Positions 52,578-62,624 of a DNA stretch of 64,000 nucleotides are shown piece after piece. Each line of letters starts with the position of its first letter. The stretch's first letter is position 1. Origin of the DNA: Acidobacteriota bacterium (lineage in GTDB: Bacteria > Acidobacteriota > Terriglobia > Versatilivoradales > Versatilivoraceae); NCBI GenBank assembly GCA_022616615.1, contig JAKEER010000513.1:59300-123299 (forward strand). The letters run 5' to 3'. Both the position numbers and the translations under genes were made by a program. The notes under the pieces are model-generated. The model searched no databases. It was not told the DNA's origin and saw only the letters and a program-made list of their open reading frames with translations.

Positions 52578-55500
52578 GTGAAGAAAACCAAAATCGTATG
52601 GTTGATTGTGGTCGCTTTAGTCTCTTTCTGTTTGAAACAACGTGTCGAGGCACAAGTGATCACTGGAACAATCGTCGGAACTGTTTTCGACCCTTCTTCA
52701 GCTGCGCTTCCGGGGGTTGAAGTGACCGTGACCAGTACTGAAACTGGCCTGTCCCGCACTGTACTGACGAATAGTACCGGAGAATACGTTGCTCCATCGT
52801 TGCCTCCTGGAACCTACAATATTGCGGCGGTCCTCAAGGGATTCAAGAAGGGAATTGTCCAGGATGCTAGATTGCGAGTTGACCAGACACTCCGGAAAGA
52901 CATGGGTTTTGGAACTCGGGGAAGTGTCGCAGGAGGTCACGGTCCAGGCGGAAGTGCTGGCACTGGGAACCGAAAATCCTGCAATTGGGGAAGTCATATC
53001 GGATGAGCAAATTGTTGAATTGCCCTTGAATGGGCGCAGCTTCGTTCAGCTAGCAAATCTCTCAGCGGGAATTACCTCTCCAGGAAACGCCCAAGGCAAA
53101 ACCAACGTGAGCGTGTTTGGCAGGTCTACCTCCTCCATTAGCATCTCTGGACAGAGAGAATTCTCGACTGACTATAGGTTCGACGGCATTCCGGCCAAGG
53201 ATCGCATCTACGGGCCAGTCGGAATGCAGTTCGATGTGGACGCTATCTCCGAATTCAAAGTCCAGCGGGGGTACGCGTCCTCGGATATTGGCCTTTCGGG
53301 GCGGATCGATGTGATCACTAAATCAGGAACGAACGACTTTCACGGATCAGCCTGGGAATTCTTGCGGAACGAGAAGCTCGATGCTCGCAACACGTTTGCA
53401 AATGCAAAGCTTCCTTTGCGTCAGAACCAGTTTGGCGCGGCCGCTGGTGGTCCTCTTATTAAGAACAAGTTGTTCTATTTCGGGGATTATGAAGGATTGA
53501 GAATCCGCAGCTCTTCCCCTAGCCTGGGAAGAATCCCGACTGTCGAGAACCTGCAAGGCAACTTTGCTGGGGGCCCTCCAGTTGTAGATCCAGCCGCACG
53601 TCAACCATTTCCTGGGAACATCATACCATCCAATCGCATCTCAACATTCGCCGCGCAGTATAACAAGTTCATTCCACAGCCAAACGCCAGCGGAGCTATC
53701 AACCGCGTGATTTCAACTCGAACGATTCAAGACGAAGACAAATACAACGGTCGAGTCGACTACACGATATCCAGCAGCGACACCGTTTTTGGCAGATACA
53801 CTCACGTCAATTCACGGGTGACTAGAGAGGGCTTTATTCCCCTTACAGGAATTGACTCGCCGTTATCAGCACGAAACGCAGTCGCAGGCTGGACCCATTT
53901 TTTCGCGCCAAACATGCTGAACAGCTTCAGATTTGGCCTGAATCGAGTCGATAACAATCCTTTCATTCCGGAGGGGGCTAAAGAGAATCCGTCATTCAAG
54001 CAAATGTTTGGATTGCAAAACCTTAACGAACTGCCCGAATGCAATGGGCTACCTGGAGTGAACATGGCAGGGTATAACGGTCTAGGCGCCGGTACCCTTT
54101 GTCTTTCTGAGCATACAAATGATCTTCATTTCATCGATGACTTCTCCTACACCAGAGGGCGGCATCGCTTAAGTACTGGTTTTGAAATCATTCGTGTCCG
54201 CATGCGCCAAATCATTGGCCTCGGGAACGTAGGAAGCTTTGCCTTCTCGGGGCAGTACACGGGAAACCCAGTAGCTGACTATCTTTTGGGAAATCCCAAT
54301 TCAGCCTCCGGCCAAAACTTCACCAAGATCCCCTACCGTAAAGGAATTTGGCCAAGCTTCTACATCAACGATAACGTTCGTCTGACTTCAAAGTTGAATC
54401 TGACCGTCGGTCTTCGCTACGAATACATTCAACCCTTGGCCGACAAAGAGCGTTCTCTCGTCTCATTTGATCCCACAGTTCCTGGTGGCGGATACCTGTT
54501 CGAGGAGGGTTCAGGATTGGGTGATATTGGACGGCTGGTGAATCCGGGCCTTCTCCCCCCAGACAAAAACAACTGGGCTCCTCGATTTGGTCTCGCCTAC
54601 TCGCCCGGCAAAGACGTGGCGCTTCGTGCGAGCTATGGAATTTTCTATCAGGAGCCGATTGGGAATAACCTAAACGCTCAGCAAAATGGACCACCTTATC
54701 GAGCCCAAGTTACCCTTCTCGGTGAGCTGAATAATCCGACGATTAACTTAGGCAAGGACTTGATCTTTCCACTTTTGCGGCCTCCATATCGAGGACCAAG
54801 CGTGGGCGTGTTCGGCCTCGATTTTACCTACCGGACTCCTTATCTCCAGAGTTGGACACTAAGCATTCAGAAGACCCTTCCTGCAGGTCTGCTTGCCGAA
54901 GGGGCGTATGTGGGCTCAAAAGGAACAAAGCTAGACAAATGGGTAGATCTTAATATCGCGGCGACGCCCCCGCCTCCTGGATTTACGGGAACACTGCAGA
55001 GTCGTCGCGCTTTTCCGGACTTTGGGACCGTCCTCTTTATCGCCGGCAGTGCCAAGTCCAACTACCACGGCCTCCAACTCACGCTCAAGAAAAGTTGGGG
55101 TGGGGGACTATCGTTTCTTACAAATTACACATTCAGTAAGTCCTTGGACACTGACTCGTGGGATGGAGTAAGAAGTTATATCCTAAGCGATCCAGGCAAA
55201 GCTCGCAGTTCCTTCGATCAGCGACAACGTTTCACGCTGAGCTGGGTCTATCAACTGCCAGTGCGTACCCTTGATAACAAGGTGGCCCGAACCTTGATTG
55301 CGGGGTGGCAGATAACGGGCATCACTCTCTTGCAGTCGGGATTTCCTTTCGCGCCCGTGACAGCCGTAGACTATTCAAACAGGCTTTTGACCTACGCACC
55401 AAGAATCCCAATTCGAACCTGTAATGGGAATTTGCCCGCGGATGAGCGTAAGCCCGAAAGATGGATTGAAACAAGCTGCTTTTCTTTACCCGCGCAAAAC

Positions 55501-55746
55501 ACGCTCGGTAACTCAGGCCTGAATATTCTTGAGACTGACGGAGTCATTAATCAGGACTTTGGATTGATGAAGAATTTTCAGTTAGCAGAACGGCTAAGAA
55601 TGCAGTTTCGTTTCGAAGCTTTTAATCTGCTCAACCATGCAAATTATCGGGCACCCATCAACTCTCTGGAGAATCCCTCATTCGGTAGGGTATTGGGTGC
55701 CCTTCCTTCCCGAAATCTGCAGTTTGGTCTCAAGTTCAATTGGTGA
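52578..55746 (+). pseudogene. Oar-like TonB-dependent receptor with a +1 frameshift at about 52905 (real lesion or sequencing indel)
   Basis: ORF 52578 (signal peptide, ITGTIVGTVFDP) joins ORF 52789 if one G is removed from ATGGGTTTTG, giving RKDMVLELGEV, colinear with the paralog at 59249. Confidence 0.85.
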
Positions 55747-56033
55747 AAGAGCAGACAAAACTTTGGAGCAGGCTTGAGTGCAGAATCCTGGAGGACTCAG
55801 AAGGAATGGTTATGGCAATTAAGGGTGTGCACCAGCTTTGACTCTGAGGGCCAACAATGGCTCAGAAGTTTTCATTGCCAACGGCAAGGGCACCCGCGCT
55901 GAAAGATCCCACGAGTGACGGGTTTTGGGGTGATCGAGATAGGAGACCGCGCCCGAGAAACAGAGATACTTTATGTTACTGGTTCCTGACGACGTTCAGC
56001 GGAAGGGTTACCTGAACTGCGGTGCTCGTGAGC

Positions 56034-56594
56034 TCAGGGCTGAGAAAATACGACGATGTACCGGGCCTGTTGAGTCTTTTGTATTCGAGGGCCATGGGGG
56101 ATCCGGGCGTCAAAATAGAGCGAGTCCCCCTCCCTAACAGAGTAAGTCTTGTCACCAACCACATACTCCATCTCTCCTTCCAACATGTAGACGAATTGCT
56201 CGCCACGATGGTCCTGAAGGGTAAACTTAAAGGTCTTACCGTCGAGAGCGACAATCATCGGTTGCATGTCTCGTCGTCTTCGTCCTGGAGCGAGAAGTTC
56301 GTATTGGTAGTTCATGGCGCTGCGACGGCCTGTGGTGTTCTGACGTTTGTTCCTCGGAAAGAAAACCGTTCCCGCGTCTTCTTCGGAACCGAAGAATTCG
56401 CTAATCGGTACATCGAACGCCTCGGCAAGTTTGGCAAGCGTCGCTATCGATGGGGACACAAGAGCGTTTTCAATTTTCGACAACATTCCTCGGCTAAATC
56501 CAGCCAACTCACTCACTTGATGCAAAGTCATACTTCGCGATGCCCGCAAGGCCTTGATCCGTCGGGCAAGCTTGTGTTCCGTAACTTCAGTCAT
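56034..56594 (-). CDS. XRE-family HTH plus cupin transcriptional regulator
   Basis: IKALR...TL..VSELAGFSRGMLSKIEN..SPSIATL HTH; cupin HRGEQFVYMLEG...GDSLYFDARIPH. Confidence 0.93.
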   Translation of the reverse strand: MTEVTEHKLARRIKALRASRSMTLHQVSELAGFSRGMLSKIENALVSPSIATLAKLAEAFDVPISEFFGSEEDAGTVFFPRNKRQNTTGRRSAMNYQYELLAPGRRRRDMQPMIVALDGKTFKFTLQDHRGEQFVYMLEGEMEYVVGDKTYSVREGDSLYFDARIPHGPRIQKTQQARYIVVFSQP

Positions 56595-56969
56595 CGACAG
56601 CTCTCCTTCCTTCTAACTGAATTAAGTTGAATAATAGTTAACCTGGATCATGTTCGTCAAATTCTACATTCAACAAAGCCGCCACACAAAAATTACAACC
56701 GGTTCGTCAGTTCGATAGAGTGGTCTGACGAACTGGCAGGGTGCAAGGCTCAGATCAGTAATCGTCTAGTTAGTTTAGTTAGTTTCTGTCGCGAAACGGG
56801 TGAAAACGGCTCTGTGAGGCTGGCGGGAGCCTCGGCAGGTTGCGATTATCACAGTCGGCCCGCCTGAAAGCCAGAGCCAGCCGGGCGAGAGGTGTGAGAG
56901 CAGGTCGCATGGCGTTGCCAACAGACACGTCGGCACAGTGCGGAGCAACGACGGTTTCAAGACTGGAGA

Positions 56970-58391
56970 TTATGCGGCGGCGGGACGTGGCGGTTTGCGT
57001 TTGGCACGCAACAGTGCCGCAATGCGCAGGAGATTGTTGGCCAGGACAGCAGCGCCAACGAAAAGCTCGAAGCGTTGTCGACCTTCAGCCAGGCAGCGCT
57101 TCATGCCGCGTCCCCGGAACAACACCGAGATACGGCCCTCGATGCCGGCGCGGAAGCGCTGGCCTTTTTTGAAGGCGGGGCTTTTCTCGATCGTTTCGCG
57201 TTGGGGAGTTTTCTTTCCCCCTCGCTGGGGGATGGAGATGACGGCGACGCCAGCCTGCTGACAGGCGGTGAGATTGTTGGGGCTGTAAAACCCGCGGTCG
57301 GCACCATAGAGTTCTGGGGCCTGGCCAAAGGTTTGCTGATGGCTCTGGAGCGAGGGTTCGACGTGGTGTTCGTCGGCCGGGTTTCCATCCAGTACGCGGT
57401 ACTGAGTGATCAAGCCGCGGGCGCTTTCGGCCAGAAACACCTTGTGGCCGAACTCGATGGGCTTTTGAGTCTTGCCCCGTTTGATCAGGTCGGTGTGGCT
57501 TTCAAAGATGGAGTAGATTTTCTGATCGCTGGGGACTTGTTCGCCTTCCAGCACGCGGCGGCGGGTCTGATCCAGGACGCGGTCGCCCAGTTGACAGTAA
57601 TGCTCGATCTCTTTCCGGAGCGCCTGGATGGCGAGGTCGTCGGTGAGAGACTTGCCACGGGCGTTTTGAGTTTGGGTGAGGACGCGGCGGGCATTGCTGA
57701 CGACGCGTTGGCTGACACGCAGGAGGCGGCGGTATTGGGGGACCAGCTGGGATTGCCGCTGCTGGGCGCTCATCCGTTGGATCTGCTGCATGCGGCGGCG
57801 GGCCGAGCGGCAGTGATTGGTAAAGCCCCGAACGCCCCGGGGCAGCAGTGTATCGAGACGCCCGACCAGGCGGCTGAGGACGCGCACCGTGTCCCAGAGC
57901 AAGGTGCTGTCGGTGGGGTGATGGATGTCGGCTTCCACCACGGTGGTGTCGGTGCGCAGTTTCTTGCCGTCCTCCAGCCCGAGAGCGACCGCCGCCTCGA
58001 CCACTAGCTGATTGACGACTTCCAGAGTGGCTGGGGTGAGCCGGACGAAGGCGCGGTGGAAGGCATCGTGTTTGGGGACGGGGCGGCTGAAGAACTGGGT
58101 GAACTGCCGCAAGGTGTAGCCATCGGCGATGCGTTCACGCAGTTCGCGATAGTCCCAGTTCTTGACACGCATCAGGGTCAGGGAGCGCAGCACTTGCGCG
58201 GCGTCGAGTCCGTTGCGGCCGGTGGCGGGGTTTTTCAGCCCGCGCTGGAGGTCCCGGCGCACGTGCTCGACCAGGGTCTGGTGTTGATCGATGAAGTCGG
58301 AGATCTGCTGGAGGAGGGGGTCGAGGGTGATGTTCTGGGCGCGGAACTCGAGATCGGCGAAGCTCCATTGGTGGGTAGTGGCTCGGGCCAT
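56970..58391 (-). CDS. DDE transposase (ISNCY family-like)
   Basis: RTDTTVVEADIHHPTDS, KIYSIFESHT..IKRGK..EFGHK, GADRGF, FRAGIEGRIS. Confidence 0.92.
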   Translation of the reverse strand: MARATTHQWSFADLEFRAQNITLDPLLQQISDFIDQHQTLVEHVRRDLQRGLKNPATGRNGLDAAQVLRSLTLMRVKNWDYRELRERIADGYTLRQFTQFFSRPVPKHDAFHRAFVRLTPATLEVVNQLVVEAAVALGLEDGKKLRTDTTVVEADIHHPTDSTLLWDTVRVLSRLVGRLDTLLPRGVRGFTNHCRSARRRMQQIQRMSAQQRQSQLVPQYRRLLRVSQRVVSNARRVLTQTQNARGKSLTDDLAIQALRKEIEHYCQLGDRVLDQTRRRVLEGEQVPSDQKIYSIFESHTDLIKRGKTQKPIEFGHKVFLAESARGLITQYRVLDGNPADEHHVEPSLQSHQQTFGQAPELYGADRGFYSPNNLTACQQAGVAVISIPQRGGKKTPQRETIEKSPAFKKGQRFRAGIEGRISVLFRGRGMKRCLAEGRQRFELFVGAAVLANNLLRIAALLRAKRKPPRPAAA

Positions 58392-58490
58392 GGAAGAATC
58401 TCCGGAGGCGTTGTTTTGAGTATTCCGAGAGCATTATAGAGCTATCGGAAACAGTTGACAACCGGAAACTGAGGCCCTACGCTGAGGCGC

Positions 58491-58883
58491 ATGAACCGAC
58501 GACCGTCATCGCTGGAGGCCCGGATTGAAACCGTCAAACAGGCGATCATCCGCCTGGGAGACCTGCGCCCGGGCAAACTCTCGCAGCAATACAATGTCTG
58601 TGGCAAAGCGGACTGTCGTTGCAAGGCCGATCCACCGCAAAAACATGGCCCGTACTACCAGCTCAGCTTCACCCGCAGCGGCAAGAGCTCGACTCAATTT
58701 GTGCGGCAAGAAGACCTAGCCGTGGTGCGGCAGCAGTTAAAAAATTACCAGCGCTTGCGGGAATTGATCGACCGCTGGATCACGTTGGGGATGGAACTGT
58801 CGCGTCTGAAACTGCCGTCAGCCCGACTGGGTGGCGTTTCCCGGAAACCTCCGCGTGCCCAACGCGTCGCGAAGCGTCGTTAG
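58491..58883 (+). CDS. DUF6788-like zinc-ribbon IS accessory protein
   Basis: RPGKLSQQYNVCGKADCRC...KHGPYYQLS, located inside the IS. Confidence 0.8.
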   Translation: MNRRPSSLEARIETVKQAIIRLGDLRPGKLSQQYNVCGKADCRCKADPPQKHGPYYQLSFTRSGKSSTQFVRQEDLAVVRQQLKNYQRLRELIDRWITLGMELSRLKLPSARLGGVSRKPPRAQRVAKRR

Positions 58884-59081
58884 AAGGCGTCGATTTCAGA
58901 GACCTACAAAACTCTAAGAACCAGTCCCAGCAAGGGCTTCCGAGTTTCGCGACAGAAACTAGTTAAATGAAGAGATGAGAATTGATCGACTAGTGAAGGT
59001 GAGGGCGACTTGGAGCATGAACACGTACGGTCAGAATCTCTTATTTCCGCGCCGGCTAGAATTTTAGCGACCGGCAGAATA

Positions 59082-59133
59082 TTTCTTATAATGAAAAATT
59101 TTTCTTGACAAGCATCAAACCAAAAACTATTGT
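59082..59133 (+). promoter_or_regulatory. Promoter with shared operator (copy 4)
   Basis: TTTCTTATAATGAAA 59082-59096, 8 nt, TTGACA 59105-59110, 17 nt, TATTGT 59128-59133. Confidence 0.7.
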
Positions 59134-59248
59134 AAGTCAAGAGTGATCAACAAAACAACTGTCATTATCCAACAATCCAACACCTGGACTTGGCGAAGCC
59201 GTGGTGCCGGTGACGCTTTTGATCCCAAAAATCAGGTTAGGAGGGGAA

Positions 59249-62200
59249 GTGAAAAAGTCAAATAGGGTACTGAGTGTGGCGCTGATGTTTCTCTGCTTTT
59301 TCCTAGTTGAAGTGGCGTTTGGGCAGGTAACGACAGGAACGATCGTGGGAACTCTCTTTGACCCATCGGCGGCTGCGTTGCCTGGAGTAGGAGTGACGGT
59401 TACGAACGTGGGAACCGGTGCCACAAGAGTGCTAACCACGACTGAGCTGGGGGAGTACACGGCTCCTTTGCTTCCACCCGGAATCTACAGGATTACGGCA
59501 GAGTTAAAGGGGTTCAAGAAGGCAACGGTGGAAGACCTCAGGCTCAGGGTAGATCAAGAGCTCCGGCGAAACATCACCATGGAAATCGGTGAGATAACCC
59601 AGGAATTGACTGTAAAGGCTGAAAGTGTGGCCGTCGGGACCGAAAATCCTGTACTGGGAGAGGTGATTTCTGATGAGCAGATCGTGGATCTGCCTCTAAA
59701 TGGAAGGAGTTTTATCCAGTTGGCCGCCCTCTCGGCCGGAATAACATCTCCAGGAACCGCTCAGGGTGAAAGCGCCACCACCGCCTTCGCTCAAAGGAGT
59801 AGTGTAGCAGTCAGTATTTCAGGCCAACGCGAAAATACAACTGACTATCGCTTTGACGGAATCCCTAGTAAAGATCGAGTTATTGGTCCGGTTGGTATGC
59901 AGCCAGATGTGGATTCTATCGCCGAGTTTAAGATCCAGCGAGGCTATGCTTCGGCAGATGTCGCGACGTTCGGAAGGATCAATGTGGTGACTAAATCAGG
60001 GACCAATAATTTTCATGGTTCCGCCTGGGAGTTCCTCAGGAATGATAAATTTGACGCTCGCAACAGTTTTGCCTCTCGAAAATTGCCCTTCCGACAAAAC
60101 CAATTTGGTGTTGCAGCCGGTGGCAGCATCATCAAGAATAAGCTTTTCTATTTCGGAGATTATGAAGGACTGCGAATTCGACGCACCTCCCCGGGGCTTG
60201 GCCGGGTGCCGATCCCGGAAAACTTACGAGGTAACTTTGCCGGTGCGGCCCCTATCATTGATCCGTTGACTGGCCAACCTTTTTCGGGAAACATCATCCC
60301 TACTGCACGAATTTCAAAATTTGCTCAAACTTACAATCAATTCATTCCAGCACCCAATGCCGCTGGAACGGCGAACCGGGCTATCGGAGTCAGATTTCTC
60401 CAAGATGACAATAAGTACAATATCAGGATTGACTATGCTCACTCGCAGAGTGACACGCTGTTTGGCAGGTACACCCATAATAATTCAGAGCAATTGAGCG
60501 AAGGTCTTGCGCCATTTAGCGGAAACCAAGCCCCCATTAGGGGCCGAAACGCTGTGTTGAGCTGGACCCACATTTTCAGCCCCAATCTTTTGAATAGCTT
60601 CAAGGTCGGGCTGAACCGAGTGCTGAATTTCCCCTACTTGCCCCAAGGGGCAGAAACGAATCAATCGTTTCGGACCCTATTTGGTTTTCAGAGCGTTAAC
60701 GAACTCCCCCAGTGCAACGCGCTAGCCAACGTGGGGATGGCGGGATATAACACCTTTGGTGGCGGGTCGCTTTGCATAGTCTGGACGACCAACGACTATC
60801 ATTTCGCTAACAACTTATCTTATACGCGAGGTCGGCACCGCATGAGCACGGGTTTTGAAATTGTCCGGACCTACGTGCGTCATGTGACTGGTGTATGGGG
60901 ACAAGGAGTCTTTAGCTTCACGGGGCAGTATACTGGGAACCCAGTGGCAGACTATCTCTTAGGGATTCCGTTTTCAGCGACCGGTCAGGACTATGCACGC
61001 ATTCCAGATCGGAGGGCCATTTGGCCCAGCTTCTACTTCAACGATGACATCCACGTAACCAAAAGCTTCAACTTGACCCTGGGCCTGCGCTACGACTACT
61101 TTCAGCCTTTGGCTGAGGACAATCACAAGCTGGTCTCCTTCGACCCCTTCGTCCAGGGTGGGGGATTTCTGTACGAGCCCGGATCCGGCCTGGACAGCAT
61201 CGGTCGCATTGGCAGTAAGGGGCTATTTGTCCCAGACAAAAACAACTTTGCTCCCCGGCTTGGCATAGCCTGGAGTCCTAAGGAAAACTTGGCGATTCGT
61301 TCCAGCTATGGCATCTTTTATCAAGAAATCGGTGGCAACCGCTTGAATACCACGCTAACGGGACCTCCCTTCGTCCTAACTACCTCGCTTTTCGGCGAGG
61401 CTACTCGACCAACCGTGAATCTCGATCGTGATGTGATTTTCCCAAGGCAGTCCCCTCCCTTCCGAGGACCTGGTGTGTCTTCATTTGGCTTTAATCCGAA
61501 TGTTCGAAACGCCTACCTTCAAGCATGGACAATGAGCGTCCAACAGACCTTTTCCAATAACTTCTTTGCAGAGGCCGCGTATATTGGTTCAAAAGGAACC
61601 AAACTGGACAAGCTCGAAGACCTCAATATCCCTGGTACTCCTCCCCCTCCGGGCTTTACGGGCAGCCTGCAAAGCCGCCGACCCTTTCCGGACTTCGGAT
61701 TTGTACTCTACGCGGACAATGACGCCAACTCCAATTATCACGCTCTGCAGTTGACCTTGAAAAAAACGTCGAGCCGCGGGCTGTCTTTCCTTACGAATTA
61801 CACCTTTAGCAAGTCTTTGGACGGGGACTCGTTTGACAACAAAGGTACTAGGAACTACATACCGGGCCAACCGGATAAGGCCCGAAGTGTCTTTGACCAG
61901 CGTCATCGTTTCTCTTTGAGTTGGGTTTACAACCTGCCAGCTCCTAGACCGAGCAACGTCGCGGCCAGCTTGCTGCTGGAAGGGTGGCAGATTTCCGGAA
62001 TTACCACACTGCAATCAGGATTTCCGTTCCACCCGACAACATCGAGGGATTATTCGAATAGACTCACCACTTTTACGAATCTCCCCAACCGTATTTGTGA
62101 TGGCAATCTCCCGTCGAGTCAGCGGAAGCCCGAGAAATGGTTCGATACTAGTTGCTTTGTCCCTCCTACACTTAATACGCTTGGCAACTCCGGGTTCCAT

Positions 62201-62422
62201 ATCCTGGACACTGACGGTGTCGTCAATCAGGATCTGGGCCTGATTAAGAACTTTGCGGTTCACGAGTCGCTTAAGGTGCAGTTCCGCGCAGAGTTCTTCA
62301 ACCTGTTTAATCATCCAAATTTTGGTCGACCTAATAGCGGAGTGGAGTCCGCTTTGTTTGGCCGGGTATTGAGCACTCTGCCTGCCCGGATCATGCAATT
62401 TGGGTTAAAGTTCTACTGGTAG
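59249..62422 (+). CDS. Oar-like TonB-dependent receptor
   Basis: GTG 59249 after GGAGGGG. Motifs LPLNGRSF, TKSGTN.FHGS, RQNQFG, DKNNFAPR, FRAEFFNLFNH, QFGLKFYW. Confidence 0.93.
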   Translation: MKKSNRVLSVALMFLCFFLVEVAFGQVTTGTIVGTLFDPSAAALPGVGVTVTNVGTGATRVLTTTELGEYTAPLLPPGIYRITAELKGFKKATVEDLRLRVDQELRRNITMEIGEITQELTVKAESVAVGTENPVLGEVISDEQIVDLPLNGRSFIQLAALSAGITSPGTAQGESATTAFAQRSSVAVSISGQRENTTDYRFDGIPSKDRVIGPVGMQPDVDSIAEFKIQRGYASADVATFGRINVVTKSGTNNFHGSAWEFLRNDKFDARNSFASRKLPFRQNQFGVAAGGSIIKNKLFYFGDYEGLRIRRTSPGLGRVPIPENLRGNFAGAAPIIDPLTGQPFSGNIIPTARISKFAQTYNQFIPAPNAAGTANRAIGVRFLQDDNKYNIRIDYAHSQSDTLFGRYTHNNSEQLSEGLAPFSGNQAPIRGRNAVLSWTHIFSPNLLNSFKVGLNRVLNFPYLPQGAETNQSFRTLFGFQSVNELPQCNALANVGMAGYNTFGGGSLCIVWTTNDYHFANNLSYTRGRHRMSTGFEIVRTYVRHVTGVWGQGVFSFTGQYTGNPVADYLLGIPFSATGQDYARIPDRRAIWPSFYFNDDIHVTKSFNLTLGLRYDYFQPLAEDNHKLVSFDPFVQGGGFLYEPGSGLDSIGRIGSKGLFVPDKNNFAPRLGIAWSPKENLAIRSSYGIFYQEIGGNRLNTTLTGPPFVLTTSLFGEATRPTVNLDRDVIFPRQSPPFRGPGVSSFGFNPNVRNAYLQAWTMSVQQTFSNNFFAEAAYIGSKGTKLDKLEDLNIPGTPPPPGFTGSLQSRRPFPDFGFVLYADNDANSNYHALQLTLKKTSSRGLSFLTNYTFSKSLDGDSFDNKGTRNYIPGQPDKARSVFDQRHRFSLSWVYNLPAPRPSNVAASLLLEGWQISGITTLQSGFPFHPTTSRDYSNRLTTFTNLPNRICDGNLPSSQRKPEKWFDTSCFVPPTLNTLGNSGFHILDTDGVVNQDLGLIKNFAVHESLKVQFRAEFFNLFNHPNFGRPNSGVESALFGRVLSTLPARIMQFGLKFYW

Positions 62423-62624
62423 ATTGAATTAGTTTTCGTGGTCCTGGATCGAACCCTGCTGTTGATTTGAGAAGGCTTGGCATCTGTAGAGATGTTGTTA
62501 GAACGAATCATCAGAAGAGTGGGATGAGAAGATCGCGACGCTATAAGAAGCATGTGGAACTCTTGCTTGACAAGGAATAAGATTGTGAGTTGGTGGGAAA
62601 GATCAAGAAAAGGGTAGGTGTAGA

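Larger units (their letters stand above)
56782..58959. mobile_element. Complete ISNCY/IS5-like insertion sequence
   Basis: Perfect 16-bp TIRs GTTTCTGTCGCGAAAC (56782-56797, 58944-58959), 6-bp target duplication TAGTTA, visibly higher GC than the flanks. Confidence 0.92.

Noticed and set aside
52900-52912. Programmed frameshift or phase variation in the TonB receptor
   Set aside because: Only short GGG and TTTT runs, with no slippery heptamer or long tract.
62544-62572. Fifth copy of the shared operator before TTGACA at 62567
   Set aside because: The sequence at the 8-nt offset (TAAGAAGCATGTGGA) does not match the consensus.
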